From positions 123,010,001 to 123,074,000 of the forward strand of contig NC_086097.1 of the NCBI RefSeq assembly GCF_963921235.1: DNA of 64,000 bases, in the 5' to 3' direction. The notes beneath the pieces are model-generated. The model saw only the letters and a list, made by a program, of their open reading frames with translations, had not been told where the DNA came from and searched no databases. The stretch comes from Mobula hypostoma. Its lineage: Eukaryota. How positions within the stretch are numbered: position 1 is the first letter of the stretch; every line of letters starts with the position of its first letter. This document shows positions 38,685-51,436 of the stretch, piece after piece. The position numbers and the translations under genes were made by a program.

Positions 38685-38946
38685 AACACACCCAAAATGC
38701 TGGAGAAACTCTTCAGGTCAGTTAGCATCTACGGAGAGGAACAGACAGTCGACATTTCAGGCCAAGAGCCTTATCAGGACTATATGATCACCAGTTCATT
38801 AGAATTGATGAGTCATGATAAAGGTTCTCAGCCTGAAACGTCAACTGGTTATTCCTTTCCATTGATGCTGCCTGACCTGCTGAGTTCCTCCAGCATTTTG
38901 TGTGTGTTGCTCTGGATTTCTAGCCTCTGCTGACTTTCTCGTGTCT
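38685..38946. mobile_element. Penelope-derived palindromic element with two opposed degenerate hammerhead motifs
   Basis: Arm 38685-38781 is the reverse complement of about 38810-38908. Each arm carries a decayed CTGATGA..GAAAC-GTC motif. Confidence 0.7.
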
Positions 38947-38959
38947 TTGAATCTCTTTT

Positions 38960-39220
38960 TTTGTCTACCACATGGCTATTCACTCTTGGTAAGTTCCCCA
39001 TAAATAGCTGCTTCAGTATGGTGTCATCAAAACGTCTGACATGCCCTGCCCACTTGATCTGTGATTTTTTTTCAGCAATGTGTAAACGCCAGGGAGTTTT
39101 GTTTGGGTTAGAATCTATGTGTCTGGAACCTTGTCTTGCTTGGCATTTGATGTGAAGTATTTTGCATAGACAGGTCATGTGGAGGTGGTTTCACTGTCTG
39201 ACATGTCCACTGTACACTGC
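38960..39220 (-). mobile_element. ancient RTE-clade LINE remnant
   Basis: Peptide SQIKWAGHVRRFDDTILKQLFMGNL resembles the RTE QLRWAGHV..PKQLFYGEL motif. Confidence 0.55.
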
Positions 39221-39926
39221 CTTCAATCCTATCAGACTTCCCAATTTATTCTTTCCTCTCTCATAACTCATACTGGGCACTCTTTACATTTTACCTTTAC
39301 TTTTACCCTTAGCTTTAAGGGTGATATGGTAGCTTTGCAGTCAGCACACTTTACAGCGCAACAATCACTGATCGGTGTTCAAACCCCACCACTACTTACA
39401 GGGAGTTTGTATGTTCTCCCCGTGACTAAGTGGGTTTCCTCAGGGTGCTCTGATTTCCTCCCACATTCCAAATGCCTATGGTTAGAAGTTAGTGAGTTGT
39501 GGGCATGCAAAATGGTCCCGGAGCATGGCTGCCTCTAGCATAATCCTCATTGATTTGATTTGACGCAAAACAACCCATTTCACTGTATGTTTCAATGTTA
39601 GAGTGACAAATAAAGATAATCTTGTTTTCTTCTTTTTAAAAGCTTTTCCTGATGAGTCAAAAGATAATGCTTTCTTCCTGGATGTTGTCTGACCTGGAAG
39701 GATATTTCCACCATGCTATGGATTAGAAGTATTCCAGTAATTGTTATTGTGCATGGGGATGGGGCTTTGAACTTATGAAGTCAAACGTTTACGAATTGCA
39801 CAGATATATTAGTTGCATTGCCTACTATTTTAACTGATTGCAAGAGAAGATCTCAATGTGTCTACTTAATAGATTGCAGCAAGAGCAGCAAGTAAGTTTT
39901 CTCTGCTTGCCCCACAAGGAATTTAC

Positions 39927-39980
39927 TTGCAGACAGATGTGCTGTGGCCCTGCTGATTTACCAGCAAGCTTAAAAGCTCC
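39927..39980 (-). CDS. putative 54-nt internal exon
   Basis: Acceptor cactgcttttgtag|G and donor CAA|gtaaat. Phase 2 to 2 reads ELLSLLVNQQGHSTSVC(K), which joins 36820-37028 in frame. Confidence 0.4.
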
Positions 39981-41319
39981 CTACAAAAGCAGTGCAAGGT
40001 TCAAGTTTATTTCCCTGATATTTTTCACTCTCAGGCATGCTGTTAGGAAAGGGCACAGAGGTGAACATTTTCATTAAAACCAATGAGGAAAGAGCAGTTA
40101 TTGTTTACTTGGAGTCACAGAGTTATAGAACACCAGAGCACAGAAACAGGCCCTTGGCCCATCTTATCCATGTCGAACTAGTATTCCACCTAGGTTCATC
40201 GACCTACACTTGGATCATAGCCCTCCACACACCACCCATCCATGTACCTATATAAACTTATTTTCAAGAGTGAAATTGAACTCATATCTACCATTTCCGC
40301 TGACAGCTGGTTCCAGACTCTCACCACCCTTTGAATGAAGAAGTTGCCCCTCACGTTTCCCCTTAAACAATAGCATCAATCCACTGAGATGCTCTGGCTC
40401 TACATTTCTAGTTGACAGACAGGAGATGGAAAAACTACAGCTGTATGTTTTTGGTCCCCACCCCCCCCCCCCGCCCATATGGGGGTAAGAGGAACCCACC
40501 ATAATAGGGCAGATCTTCTACTGTCCCAGAATCACTGCCCTCCTTCTTCTGGGCCACAGTGCTTGCTCCAGCACTGTATTCTAGAGAGAGTACGGTTTTC
40601 AATACTTTGGGATGGTAATGTGCGTCCAAGGAAAGACTGTCAACACAAACAGCTGGTCCCACTCATAGAAAGGCCTCGCAGGAGGCTTTATTACCCCCCA
40701 GGCTCAACAGATGTCGAAGCTTGAACGTTGTGTACATCTTTGACATTCACAAATGTTTAGTAACTCCTAGGACTGTTTCAACTAAAATGACAGTAAACTA
40801 TTAAAAATATTAAATGTATAGGAATATTCAATATTTTTAACAAATAAAACACCATAAAATCCATATAATACAAAGAAACTAAAAACATTTGAAGTGGCAT
40901 CTATGGAGCGGAATAAACTGCTGACATTTTGGACTGAGTGCCTTCATCAGGTCGACCATTTATTCCCTTCCATTGATGCTGTCCGACCTGCTGATTGCTT
41001 TCAGTATTTTGTGTTTGGATTTCCCGCATCTGCAGAATCTCTTCTCTTCATTATTTAGGTGCCAGAGACCTGAGCTCAGTCCTGACATGTGTGGTGTTTG
41101 CACGTTCTCCCTGTTTGATGCAGGAATCCAGTAGGTTGCTGCTAATGAGGAGATGAGTGGCAGAATCTGAGGAAGGTTTAAGATGATGTGGGGTGTATAA
41201 AAACAGTAATTAATACAGAATGTATATATGAATGAGCTGCCAGAGGAAGTGATTGAAGCAAATACAATAATAAAGTTTAATAGACAGTCTGGTGGGTACA
41301 TGGAGAGAAAAGGTTTAGG

Positions 41320-42128
41320 CCATAAGATATAGGAGCAGAATTAGGCTACTTGACCCATCAGGTCTGCAACTCCATTTCATCGTGGCTGATCCATCTTGCC
41401 TCTCAGCCCCAATCTTCTGCCTTCTCCCCATATCCCTTCATGCCCTGACTAATCAAGAATCTATCAACTTCTGACTTAAATATACCCAATGACTTGGCCT
41501 CCACAGCCATCTGTGGCAATGAATTCCACAGATTCACCATTCCCTAGCTAAAGTAACTCCTCATCTCCATTCTAAATGGATGTTCCTCTCTTCTGAGGGT
41601 GTGTCCTCTGGTCTTAGACTCTTCCACCAGAGAAAACGTCCTCTCCACATCCACATTCTTTCAACATTCAATATGTTTCAATGAGATCCACTTCATTCTT
41701 CTGAATTCCAGTGAGTACAGGCCCAGAGCCATCAAACACTCCTCATATAATACGCTTGTCAATCTCAGAATCATTTTCACAAACTTCCTTTGAATCCTCT
41801 CCAATGTCAGCACATCCTTTCTTAGATAAAGGGCCCAAAAATGCTCACAATACTCCAAATGAGGCCTCACCAGTACCTTATAAAGCCTTAACATTACATC
41901 CTTGCTTTTATATTCTAGTCCTCTCAAGATTAATGTTAACATTGCATTTGCCTTCTTCACTACTGACTCAACCTGCAAATTAAGGTTTAGTGAATCCTGC
42001 ACAAGGTCTCACAAGTCCATTTGCACCTCAGATATTTGAATTTGCATCTCCATTTAGAGAATAGTCTACCCTTTCATTTCTTCTTCCAAAGTGTGTGACC
42101 ATACACTTCCTGGCACTGTATTCCATCT
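41320..42128 (-). mobile_element. CR1/HER1-like LINE 3' fragment
   Basis: QVESVVKKANAML..EYKSKDVMLRLYKVLVRPHLEYC peptide plus 3' UTR. Confidence 0.85.
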
Positions 42129-42296
42129 TAGAGGGACATGGGCCAAACAAGGGCAAATGGACCAGCTGAGGTGGGCATCTTGGTTAGAGTTGGGCAAAAG
42201 GGCCTATTCCTTGCTGAATTACTCTTTCACTTTATGACACTACTGTAAATAGGTATGGTCCTGACGGGCTGAAGGACCTGCATTATATCTCGCTAT

Positions 42297-42619
42297 ATAT
42301 ATAAAAAAATAGGCATCCGTTAGTCTCGTGAGACCATGGATTTGCACCTTGGAAGGTTTCCAGGATGCAGGCCTGGGCAAGGTTGTATGGAAGACCGGCA
42401 GTTGCCCGTGCTGCAAGTCTCCCCTCTCCATGCCACCAATGTTGTCCAAGGGAATGGCATTAGGACCCATACAGCTTGGCACCGGTGTCATCGCAGAGCA
42501 ATGTGTGGTTAGGTGTCTTGCTCAAGGACACAACACGCTACCTCAGCTGAGGCTTGAACTAGTGACCTTCAAATCACTAGACCGATGCCTTAACCACTTG
42601 GCCACGTGCCAACACCAGT
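42297..42619 (-). mobile_element. tRNA-derived SINE (second family), copy 2
   Basis: A/B boxes as in copy 1. Probable TSD TATCTCGCTATA (42285-42296) / TATCTCTCTATA (42620-42631). Confidence 0.8.
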
Positions 42620-43454
42620 TATCTCTCTATAACTCACACTGAGATTCATAGAGAGCATCCTCATTTCAGCCATTTCTCTGTGGCTTGGTGCAGCATCCTC
42701 TCCTAACACATAAAAACTGCAGCAAGTTGTCAGCAGAGCAGAAAAGGTCACTGACTGCAGTCTATAATGACTGCAGGGCTTGTATGTGTCCAGGACAAAA
42801 AAAAATGGGCAGGAAAATTCATTGAGGACACTACCCACCCTGCAGACTGCCTTTTCATTATATTCCTTGTTACAGAAGGCAGCTGGCAGTCCTTGTTCAG
42901 GATTGCCTTCAGACTAACTTGCAGATTGAGATGGTAGTAGGGTAGGTAAATGCAATGTTCCTCCAATCACCATAAACTTATGGCCCCTTGTATTAGCCAT
43001 TTCTGGCCTGGGGAAAGGTCTCTGGCTATCCACTTGGTCTATGCCTAAGTGGCCCCATTCTACTAGAGACAGATTCCCAATGAAATATTGGAGTAGTTCA
43101 ACAAGAGTGTGACCTACTACTGGATCCCATGGGAGAGTCCAGTAGAAAAGCAGTAACAGAACTGCCAACTCTGTAATCCCATACTTACAACAGGTCTGCA
43201 AATTACTTGCACGAAACAGCCAAAAGCCAGCATTTTACTGTCAGTCTCAGGGTTTGTTCAGTCTTGGTGGCCAGTTCATTTCTTATTCAATACTTTGCCA
43301 GAGTCATTGGAGACATAGCAAACCTTCTCAAACTCCTAATGCTGCGACACCACTCCTGTTGGGTGGTGTCACAACAAGAATCTTGCACTCTACGCCAGTA
43401 ACACCAAGGAATTCAGTATGGACCAGGAAGGGGAGGTTGGGAGAACATACAACA

Positions 43455-44100
43455 GTCCCCATGGAGCGGTGAGCAGCGGAAAGGGTGATCAGATTCATGT
43501 TCCTAGGCATCAACATCTCTGAAGAACTATTGTGAGCCCAACATAATGATGCAATTCCAAAGCAGGCAGACCAACAGCTATGCTTCATCAGGAGCTTGAT
43601 ATTTTAAGAAAGACTCTCACAAATTTCCACATATGTACTATGGAGAGCATTCTAACTGGTTGCATCGCCATATAGCATGGAAGGGCCACTGCACAGGATT
43701 GGAAAAGGCTCCAGAGAGTTGCAAACTCAGTCAGCTCCATCATGGGCACTAGCCTCCCAAGCACTGAGAACATCTTCAAAAGGTGATACCTCAAAAAGAC
43801 AGCATCTATCATTAAGTACCCCCATCACCCAGGACACGCTCTCTTCATATTACTACCATCAGAGAGGAGGTATAGGATCCTGAAGACACTCACTCAACAC
43901 TTCAGGCATCAGATTTCTGAATGGTCGATGAACCAACCTATGAACACTAACTCGCTATTTTGGTCTCTTTTTGCACTACTTATATATATAATTTTTTAAA
44001 TATTACATTACTTATAGTAATATAGTTTTTATTATTGTACTGTACCACTGCTGTAAAACAATACACTTCATGACATATGTCAGTGATATTAAATTTGATT
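43455..44100 (+). mobile_element. Rex1/Babar-like LINE 3' fragment
   Basis: Decayed FLGINISE.L, TMESILTGCI and LLPS.RRYR motifs; ATTAAATTTGATTCT tail. Confidence 0.7.
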
Positions 44101-44280
44101 CTTCAGTGGCAGCCATGGTAGATCTGCAGAAATTTCATTCTATAAACTGACTTGATCACACCAACAGCCACTGTCTGGCTCATGAAGAGCAAAGTGACCA
44201 AGAGGTGGATAGGCTTTATACTGCATACCTCGAGACCAGGATGTATTTCCTTTAACCTTAGTCAATGCATTCCCTTTTCA

Positions 44281-44839
44281 CACTCAGTAGCCACATTACT
44301 AGGTACTGCCTTTACTTAATACAGTGGCCACTGAGTGTATGTTCATGGTCTTCTGCTGCTGTGGCCCAGCCACTTCAAGGTACGACGTGTTGTGCATTCA
44401 GAGGTGCTCTTCTGCACACCACTGTTGTATCAGCTGGTTATTGAAACTACTGTTGCCTTCCTGACAGCTTGGACCAGTCTGGCCATTTTCCTCTGACATC
44501 TCTCATTAACAAGGCATTTTTCTCCACAGAACTGCTGCTCACTGGATTTTTTTTTTTGATTTTCACACCATCCTGTGTAAACTCTAGAGACTGTTGTGCG
44601 TGAAAATCCCAGGAGATCAGCAATTTCTCAGATACTCAAACCACCCTGTCTGGCACCAACAATCATTCCACTGTCAAATCATTTCACTTAGATCACATTT
44701 CTTCCCCATTCTGATGTTTGGTCTGAACAACAAATGAATCTCTTGACCATGTATTAAGTTGCTGCCACATGATTGGCTGATTAGATATTTGCATTAATAA
44801 GCAGGTAAAAGGTGTACATAATAAAGTGACAACTGAGTG
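44281..44839 (-). mobile_element. Tc1-derived MITE family copy
   Basis: CACTCAGTAGCCAC ... ATAAAGTGACAACTGAGTG termini, with an extra inverted TIR ending at about 44337. Confidence 0.85.
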
Positions 44840-45979
44840 CAAAACTGCAGCAACTTTACTGGTGAATATTGCACACTCCTCTATGCAGGCGTGAAATATT
44901 GTATTATATTTTTCATGAACTGCTGATGCTTTTATAATAATAATGGTGCAGGGGATGTACAATCATTTGTTAGGTAATTTACTGTTGTTGCAACAAATGA
45001 TTATGGAGACAGGACATTAAACTCATGCATTACAACTAACGTAGAATGCAGTTGTGCTTTTCAGATCAGAGAAGATTTAATGGCCATTGCTATGCTAATA
45101 TTTTATTCCATCTAAACGGACAGCAGTTATTACTTACTTCACCAAACAGACCCAGCAGAGGACATTGATGCTAAAATGCTGTCAGTACTACTTCAAAGCT
45201 TGAGAAATCTGTTCTTCTCGGGTTGTGAGAGCGTGATCTCACTGGCACGCAAATGATTTCCATTCTGATTCCACAATGTGTTCTGGTTGACCTCTTACGT
45301 GTATTTCATGATTCTAATTAATTTACGTGTTGCCCTTGGTTCAGAGGCAGTTCACTTGCTTCTGAGGCAAGACTCAAGATTTAAGTTTATTTCTCACGTG
45401 CACACTGAAAGGTATGGTGAAATGCGTCATTTGCATTGGCAAACAACATGCCCAAGGGTGAGCTGGGGGGGCAAGCCCGCAATTGTCGCCGCACGTTCCG
45501 AGCATGCCTACTATGCTTGGCAGAACAACACAGAACACAAGCAGCAACAAAACAACAGCAGCAAAAACAAGTCCCATTCCTCTCTCCCACCCCCACACAC
45601 ACATACACAGCCCTTTAACCCCAGGACAGGCCTCCAGCGAACATGGACTCAGGCCGGCAGGCACCGGGCTTCATCCTCCCCAGCGGACTCGCAGAGCAGG
45701 CTCTGGCCAACGGGCCTCAACACAATGGTGTTAACATAACTTTAATCAGCATGCCATAAAGATACCCGTACACAATCAGTATTGTGGGAGTAATATACTA
45801 TCAAAGATAACCCGTTAAACCGCAAAGCCACCTATCCTCTGAAATGTAAAGCATGCTGTGGAAGTATCTAAGTGAGATGGGGAGACCTCTCCAAGTGTCC
45901 TGACATTGCTCATCTTTCAAATGATACCACTAAAATAATTTCCTTGTAATTTATGCTATTGTTACTTGCCTAACTAGCT

Positions 45980-46410
45980 CCCATCCACCACCACCCCCCT
46001 CCATCTGGCAGAACTGATCCTCACCTTCTCTGGGCCCCTCCTGCTTTCTCCAAACCCAAGGTGCAGCCATGGGCACCTGCATGGGCCCCAGCTATGCCTG
46101 TCTTTTCATTGGAAAGTCCATGTTCCAAGCCTAGACTAATAAAGCTCCCCTACTCTTTACACGCTACACTGACACTACATTGGTGCAGCTTCCTGAACCC
46201 ACTCCAAATTCGTCAATTTCACCAAATTTGCTTGTAACTCGCTTTCCGTGCCTCACTTATGAACTTCTGCCCCTCCTCTTCTACCCACCTTCGCGTTCTA
46301 ACCTCTTCCGCCTGATGAAGGGTCTTGGTCCGAAACATCAACTGTTTATTCCCCTCCGTGGATGCTGCCTGACTTGGTGAGTTCCTCCAGCACTTTCTGT
46401 TCCTTGTTAT
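45980..46410 (+). mobile_element. Penelope-like element remnant: RT fragment joined to a hammerhead-bearing terminal repeat
   Basis: From 46045 the frame reads FLQTQGAAMGTCMGPSYACLFIG (PLE RT motif), then LFTRYTD (decayed RYIDD). CTGATGA-AGGGTCTTGGTCC-GAAAC-ATC lies at 46312-46339. Confidence 0.75.
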
Positions 46411-46589
46411 TTTACTTGATTTACACACAGTGAGTGCCAAATTTTCCATTACAACAGTGACTCAATATCATTGGCTGTGAAGCATTTTGGGAGATCTAGC
46501 AAACAAAAGAGACACCTTATAAATAGAAGTCATTCCTCCATTTGCACTTATTGGTATTGGTGCAATAGACCTAGATAGACCAATGATCA

Positions 46590-47190
46590 AAAAGATATAG
46601 GAGCAGAATTAGGCTATTCAGCCCATCAAGTATGATCCACCATTCTATCATGGCAGATTTATTATCCTTTTCAACCCCATTCTCCAGCCTTCTCTTCGTA
46701 ACCTTCGACACTCTTACTAATTAGGAACCTATGAAGCTCCTCTTTAAACATACCCAATGACTTGGCTTTTATAGCCATCTGTGGCAATGAATTCCACACC
46801 TCTGTTCTAAAGGGATATCCTTTTAGTCTGCGGATGTGCCTTCAGGTCTTAGACTTCCTCGCTATAGGAAATATCCTCTCTATGTCCACTCTATCTAGGC
46901 CTTTCAATATTCAATGGATTTTAATGAGATCTCCCCTCACTCTTCTAAACTCCAGCAAGTACAGGCCAAACGCTTCTCACGTATTGACCCTTTCATTCCT
47001 GGGATCATTCTCATGAACCTCCTCTGGACCTTCTTCAATGCCAGTGCATATTAGATAAGGGGCCCCAAACTGCTCACAATACTCCAAGTGCGGTCTGACC
47101 AATGCATTATAAAGCCTCAGCATTACATTCTTGCTTTTATATTCTAATACTCCCAAAATGAATGCTAGCATTGTATTTGCCTCTTTACCA
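46590..47190 (-). mobile_element. CR1/HER1-like LINE 3' fragment
   Basis: EANTMLAFI..EYKSKNVMLRLYNALVRPHLEYCEQF peptide plus 3' UTR. Confidence 0.8.
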
Positions 47191-48047
47191 GTGACATTGT
47201 TCCAGGCGTGAAGATTTTGTTTCATTTGGTATCCAGAGCATGGTGCAACTTTCTGCTTTATCGTTACTTCTAAACCTTTATCATAATTGGCAGAGGGAAG
47301 TAATTTAATTTGCATTAGTCAGCTTCTCTCCTGCGGATGAGACGACTGCATCTAAATGGTACCTTTGACATCCAAGTAGCAGAATCGATGGCACTCAAAC
47401 TTAAATGAAGTGACACGGCAGTAATGAAATCTGCTATAACGCTCACAGCTTTGTGCTCAACATAAGGCACATAATTACCGCATGTTTTGCAGAATTGAAC
47501 TGAACGTTTGTATTGTTACCTTTGAAGTTTTGAGGTTAACCTTTAGAATCAGCTTGACCTGAGCACAACAAACCTGCAAAGGGATGGATCGCTGTGACAA
47601 GTTCGGCATTTTTCAAGAGTGGGGGAAAATCCTTGGAAATAAAAAAGATTCCACATTTGAATGCACCCACTTTCTACCTGCGGCAGACTGTGTTGCAATG
47701 TGTCTTGGCTGATGTTACTGAACACAGCAAACAGCTCTGTTTTCATCAAGTCACACATTGTGAGCACAAAAATGACAAGGCTTCAGGTTAAAATGATCAA
47801 ATTCCTTTGCTAATAAAAACTACGCATTGCTGATTATGTAAACAGATGGAGCTGAACTGTTCAGGACTTATGAATTTGTTTTGCTTATTTTGCAAATGAA
47901 TTTGTATCACTCAGGCAGAGGGACCATTGTACTTGCCCACTGACTGACACTGTTGAAAACATACATACATAAAAGCTTATGCACTCACTGCAAACTCGGT
48001 ACAATTTACATCATTATTGGTTTTTCCAAGTGAGGCAAGAATAAATA

Positions 48048-48885
48048 CAGTGGATTCTGGTCAATGAGGACACATCGGGACCAGTACATTTTGGCCCAGG
48101 TTAAGCAGCTGCCCCAATTCGTCAAAGTTTATTGGAAATTTAAAATAGTACAAAAACGACAAACTACCATTTAACTGAGTAACAAATTATGTATTTTAAT
48201 GAAACACAGAGCAAATTAGAACTTTACCAATACTAATACAGTACAATAAAACTGTGTATTAGTTCCTAATAATTATTCCTGGACACTGGAATTATTCCTA
48301 ATAATTCATCCTGTGTGCACTGCTGTTTTCTTTGATTGACTGTAAATGAACAAAATCAGCAGAGACATCTAATGCAGATAATGGAATGCCTTCATACAAT
48401 GCTTTTGATGACTGCATCCTCCAAATCTTCATTTTCATTGTAACATTCGAGAAGATTGTTGATACCTTCAAATTCTTCATATTTCCTAATTTGTTGAAGT
48501 ACAAGTGAAACAGTTTCATTTTCACTCCCGGCTGTTTCTGGCATCTCTAAGCCTGAATGCTTGAAACTACAGTGAGCAAAATCAATTCTGAATTGTCTTA
48601 CTGCTTATTTCTTGCCAACTATCAGTGACAAAATCACTGCTTTTTGAACACAAATACACGCAAGGGACACTATTTATAAACTGTTTGCTCTAAGCACGGT
48701 GTAGTGTCCAATGGCTGCGCAAGTGCATGCAACCGATGCTAGTTAGAAACATTTCGGGCACGTACTTATGTCCCAAGTAAGTGGGGAAAGTAAGCAAAGG
48801 GAATCCTGTCTATTTTATTAATTAACTTTTGTCTTTCAGAATTGTCCCAAATATGCAGCTGCCCCCAATTAACCATAATCCACTG
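48048..48885 (-). mobile_element. pogo/Tigger-like non-autonomous DNA transposon
   Basis: TA|CAGTGGATTCTGGTCAAT ... ATTAACCATAATCCACTG|CA termini; decayed transposase C-terminal-like interior. Confidence 0.7.
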
Positions 48886-49055
48886 CAGATTTGTAATGCC
48901 AAAAAATCCTCCCAAACAACAGCAGACTATTATTCTATTTTAAAAATTATGTATCTATGTCCCAAAATGTTCTGTAAAGTGTTTAATTAATATTTATATT
49001 ATTCTTGTCACATCTCAATTCTCTACAAAACTAAGCATATATAAAACCAGATATA

Positions 49056-49618
49056 CACCCACTGGCCACTTCATTAGGTACCTCTTGTACCTAATAAAGT
49101 GGCCACTGAGTTTACGTTTGTGGTCTTCTGCCACTACGGCCCATCAAGGTCGATGTGCTGTTTGTTCAGAGATGCTCTTCTACACACCACTGTTGTAATG
49201 TGTAGTTATCTGAGTTACTGTCACCTTCCTGTTAGCTTGACCCAGTCTGTCCATTCTCCTCTGACCTCTCTCACTAACAAGGCACTTTCACCCACAGAAT
49301 TGCCACCTACTGGGTGTTTTTTTCACCCTTGCACCATTCTCTGCAAACTGTAGAAACTGTTGTGCCTGAAAATCCCAGGAGATCAGCAGTTTCTGAGATA
49401 CTCAAAACAGCCTGTCTGGAATCAACAATCACTCCACAGTCAAAGTCACTTAGTTTATATTTCTTTCCCATTCTGATGTTTGGTCTGAGCAACAACTGGA
49501 CCTCTCGGCCATGGCTGCATGCTTCCATGCATTGAGTTGCTGCCACATGATTGGCTGATTAGATATTTGTATTAATGAGCAGGGGTACAAGTAGACCTAA
49601 TAAAGTAGCCACTGAGTG
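49056..49618 (-). mobile_element. Tc1-derived MITE family copy
   Basis: TA-flanked TIRs. The minus strand encodes MGKKYKLSDFDCGVIVDSRQAVLSISETADLLGFSGTTVSTVCREW, a Tc1 N-terminal HTH. Confidence 0.9.
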
Positions 49619-50046
49619 TATGTATTCATGTCCCTGCCAGCTCATATTAAGAATTCGTTCAATTTGGCTTAAAGGATTTAACTTTCCTTATGTACTCTTG
49701 CCCCCATCTATTATCGCAATCAATGTACAGCTAACTCTAAATTAACAATAATTTAAAAAACGAAAATGCTGGAAAGAGAAACAGTTAACATTTTAGATCA
49801 AAGATCTTTCACCAGAAATGCAGATTTCAATTCCAATTTCCAGCACTTGCAGTTTTATTGATTTATTTACTAGTAAATTAATTAGCACATTTTGCAATTT
49901 AAACTTCTTGGGATTCTGTATGCAAGCAGCAAATGTACTTAACAAGGAAAAAAGGTAAATTCGCAATAACTTTTTCCATTTGGCAAGATGACCCAATTGA
50001 TCCAAATGAAGTGCCCATTGAAGGAGTTGGAGAAGGAAAAGATTAC

Positions 50047-50148
50047 CCTCTCATCGCTGCTTGTATTAAACATCCACTCTTTATTCTTCTTGAAGACAAC
50101 AAATGCACATAAAGCTAATGAGCTGGAGAAATTGGTGAAGGCAGGAAC
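50047..50148 (-). CDS. putative 102-nt internal exon
   Basis: Acceptor tttcctcactgtag|G and donor AGG|gtaatc. Only phase 0 is open: VPAFTNFSSSLALCAFVVFKKNKEWMFNTSSDER. Confidence 0.4.
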
Positions 50149-51436
50149 CTACAGTGAGGAAATTTAGAATATGCATTCAAATCTTAGGGTACCATTTTTA
50201 AAAGAGACACAAGTTACAGACAGTAATTGTTGCTCTGGTCATTGGGGATCCAGCAGATGATACTTGTATTTGGCTCCAAATGCCAGCATTTCAGAATTCT
50301 GAGGCAATTCTATTTATCTGATCAGTGCAGTTCTTCTAAAGCCCCTCAACTGTCAATACTTAACTCCATTTTAACAATTTTTTCCCCAAGGAAATCCACA
50401 AACCTTCAATTATGAGAGCTTTTACATTATGTAGGACTCGATGTCTGTCCAAGCCTTTCTTTTACTGCAGCACTGAAGCTAAACTGCATAACACCAGGAC
50501 AACGGGCTGGAACTGGGGTATCAGCGGAAGACCGTACCCATGACTACGCTGGAGAGAATTGTGCACTCTCAGTTTTGAGAGCCAGAGAGGGCCCCTCCCA
50601 CGAGTTAACCAGCTGTCAAAGCTCTCACCATCAGAGATTTTTTTGTGAATTCCTTGAGCATGTCAAAAAATTAAAATGATTAAAACACACGTGTAAATCA
50701 AAGATCTGAAAAATAACACAAACATAAAAAAAACATGGCATAAAAATTAATTTAATTATATCAAATCGAAAGCTCCACTCTCCCTCCAGAAGCCAAATTT
50801 AAGAGAAAAGATGAACTTTATTTAAAAAATAAATCTGAATCTTGAGATGACTCCACTCATTCTGAATGGTGGTTTTATGTGTGTTATTCTTCTGTTCTCT
50901 GGTATAGAGAGTTAAGAAATATTTTACAGACTTTTAGCTGCATCTTATTTTATTTCCTTTAATTTAAGAGCACAGAAACTGTTGTTCAAGTGTCAGATAT
51001 TCAACTAAACTGTGTTTCTTCAGGTTACGGTCATTGATAATTCTAAATGAATGTCATTAGTTGTGGAATTTATTCAAATATTTTAATGACCAATATGAAA
51101 AATCAATGTATCATGTAGATTGATTTCTAAACCACACATTTTTTAAGATACAACAAATTCATGAACTGTTCCAAGCAATATGATAGCCAGATATATCCAA
51201 AGCACTGATTTGCACTTTAGTATTAAACCTACTAGTTCGAGTTAATGCGTTACGCAGTTCTCAAGTAGAATGCAGTCATCTTTCCTTAAGTATAAATTTA
51301 TATTTGCAATCATTTGGAAATTGCACTATATTGACTGACAAATGCCATCTCAAATGCTATCTTATCCCAGGTACCCACACACCTCCCCTGCAATTATTCA
51401 GGGATTAAACTCACCTATCTCCGGGAAAGATACATA

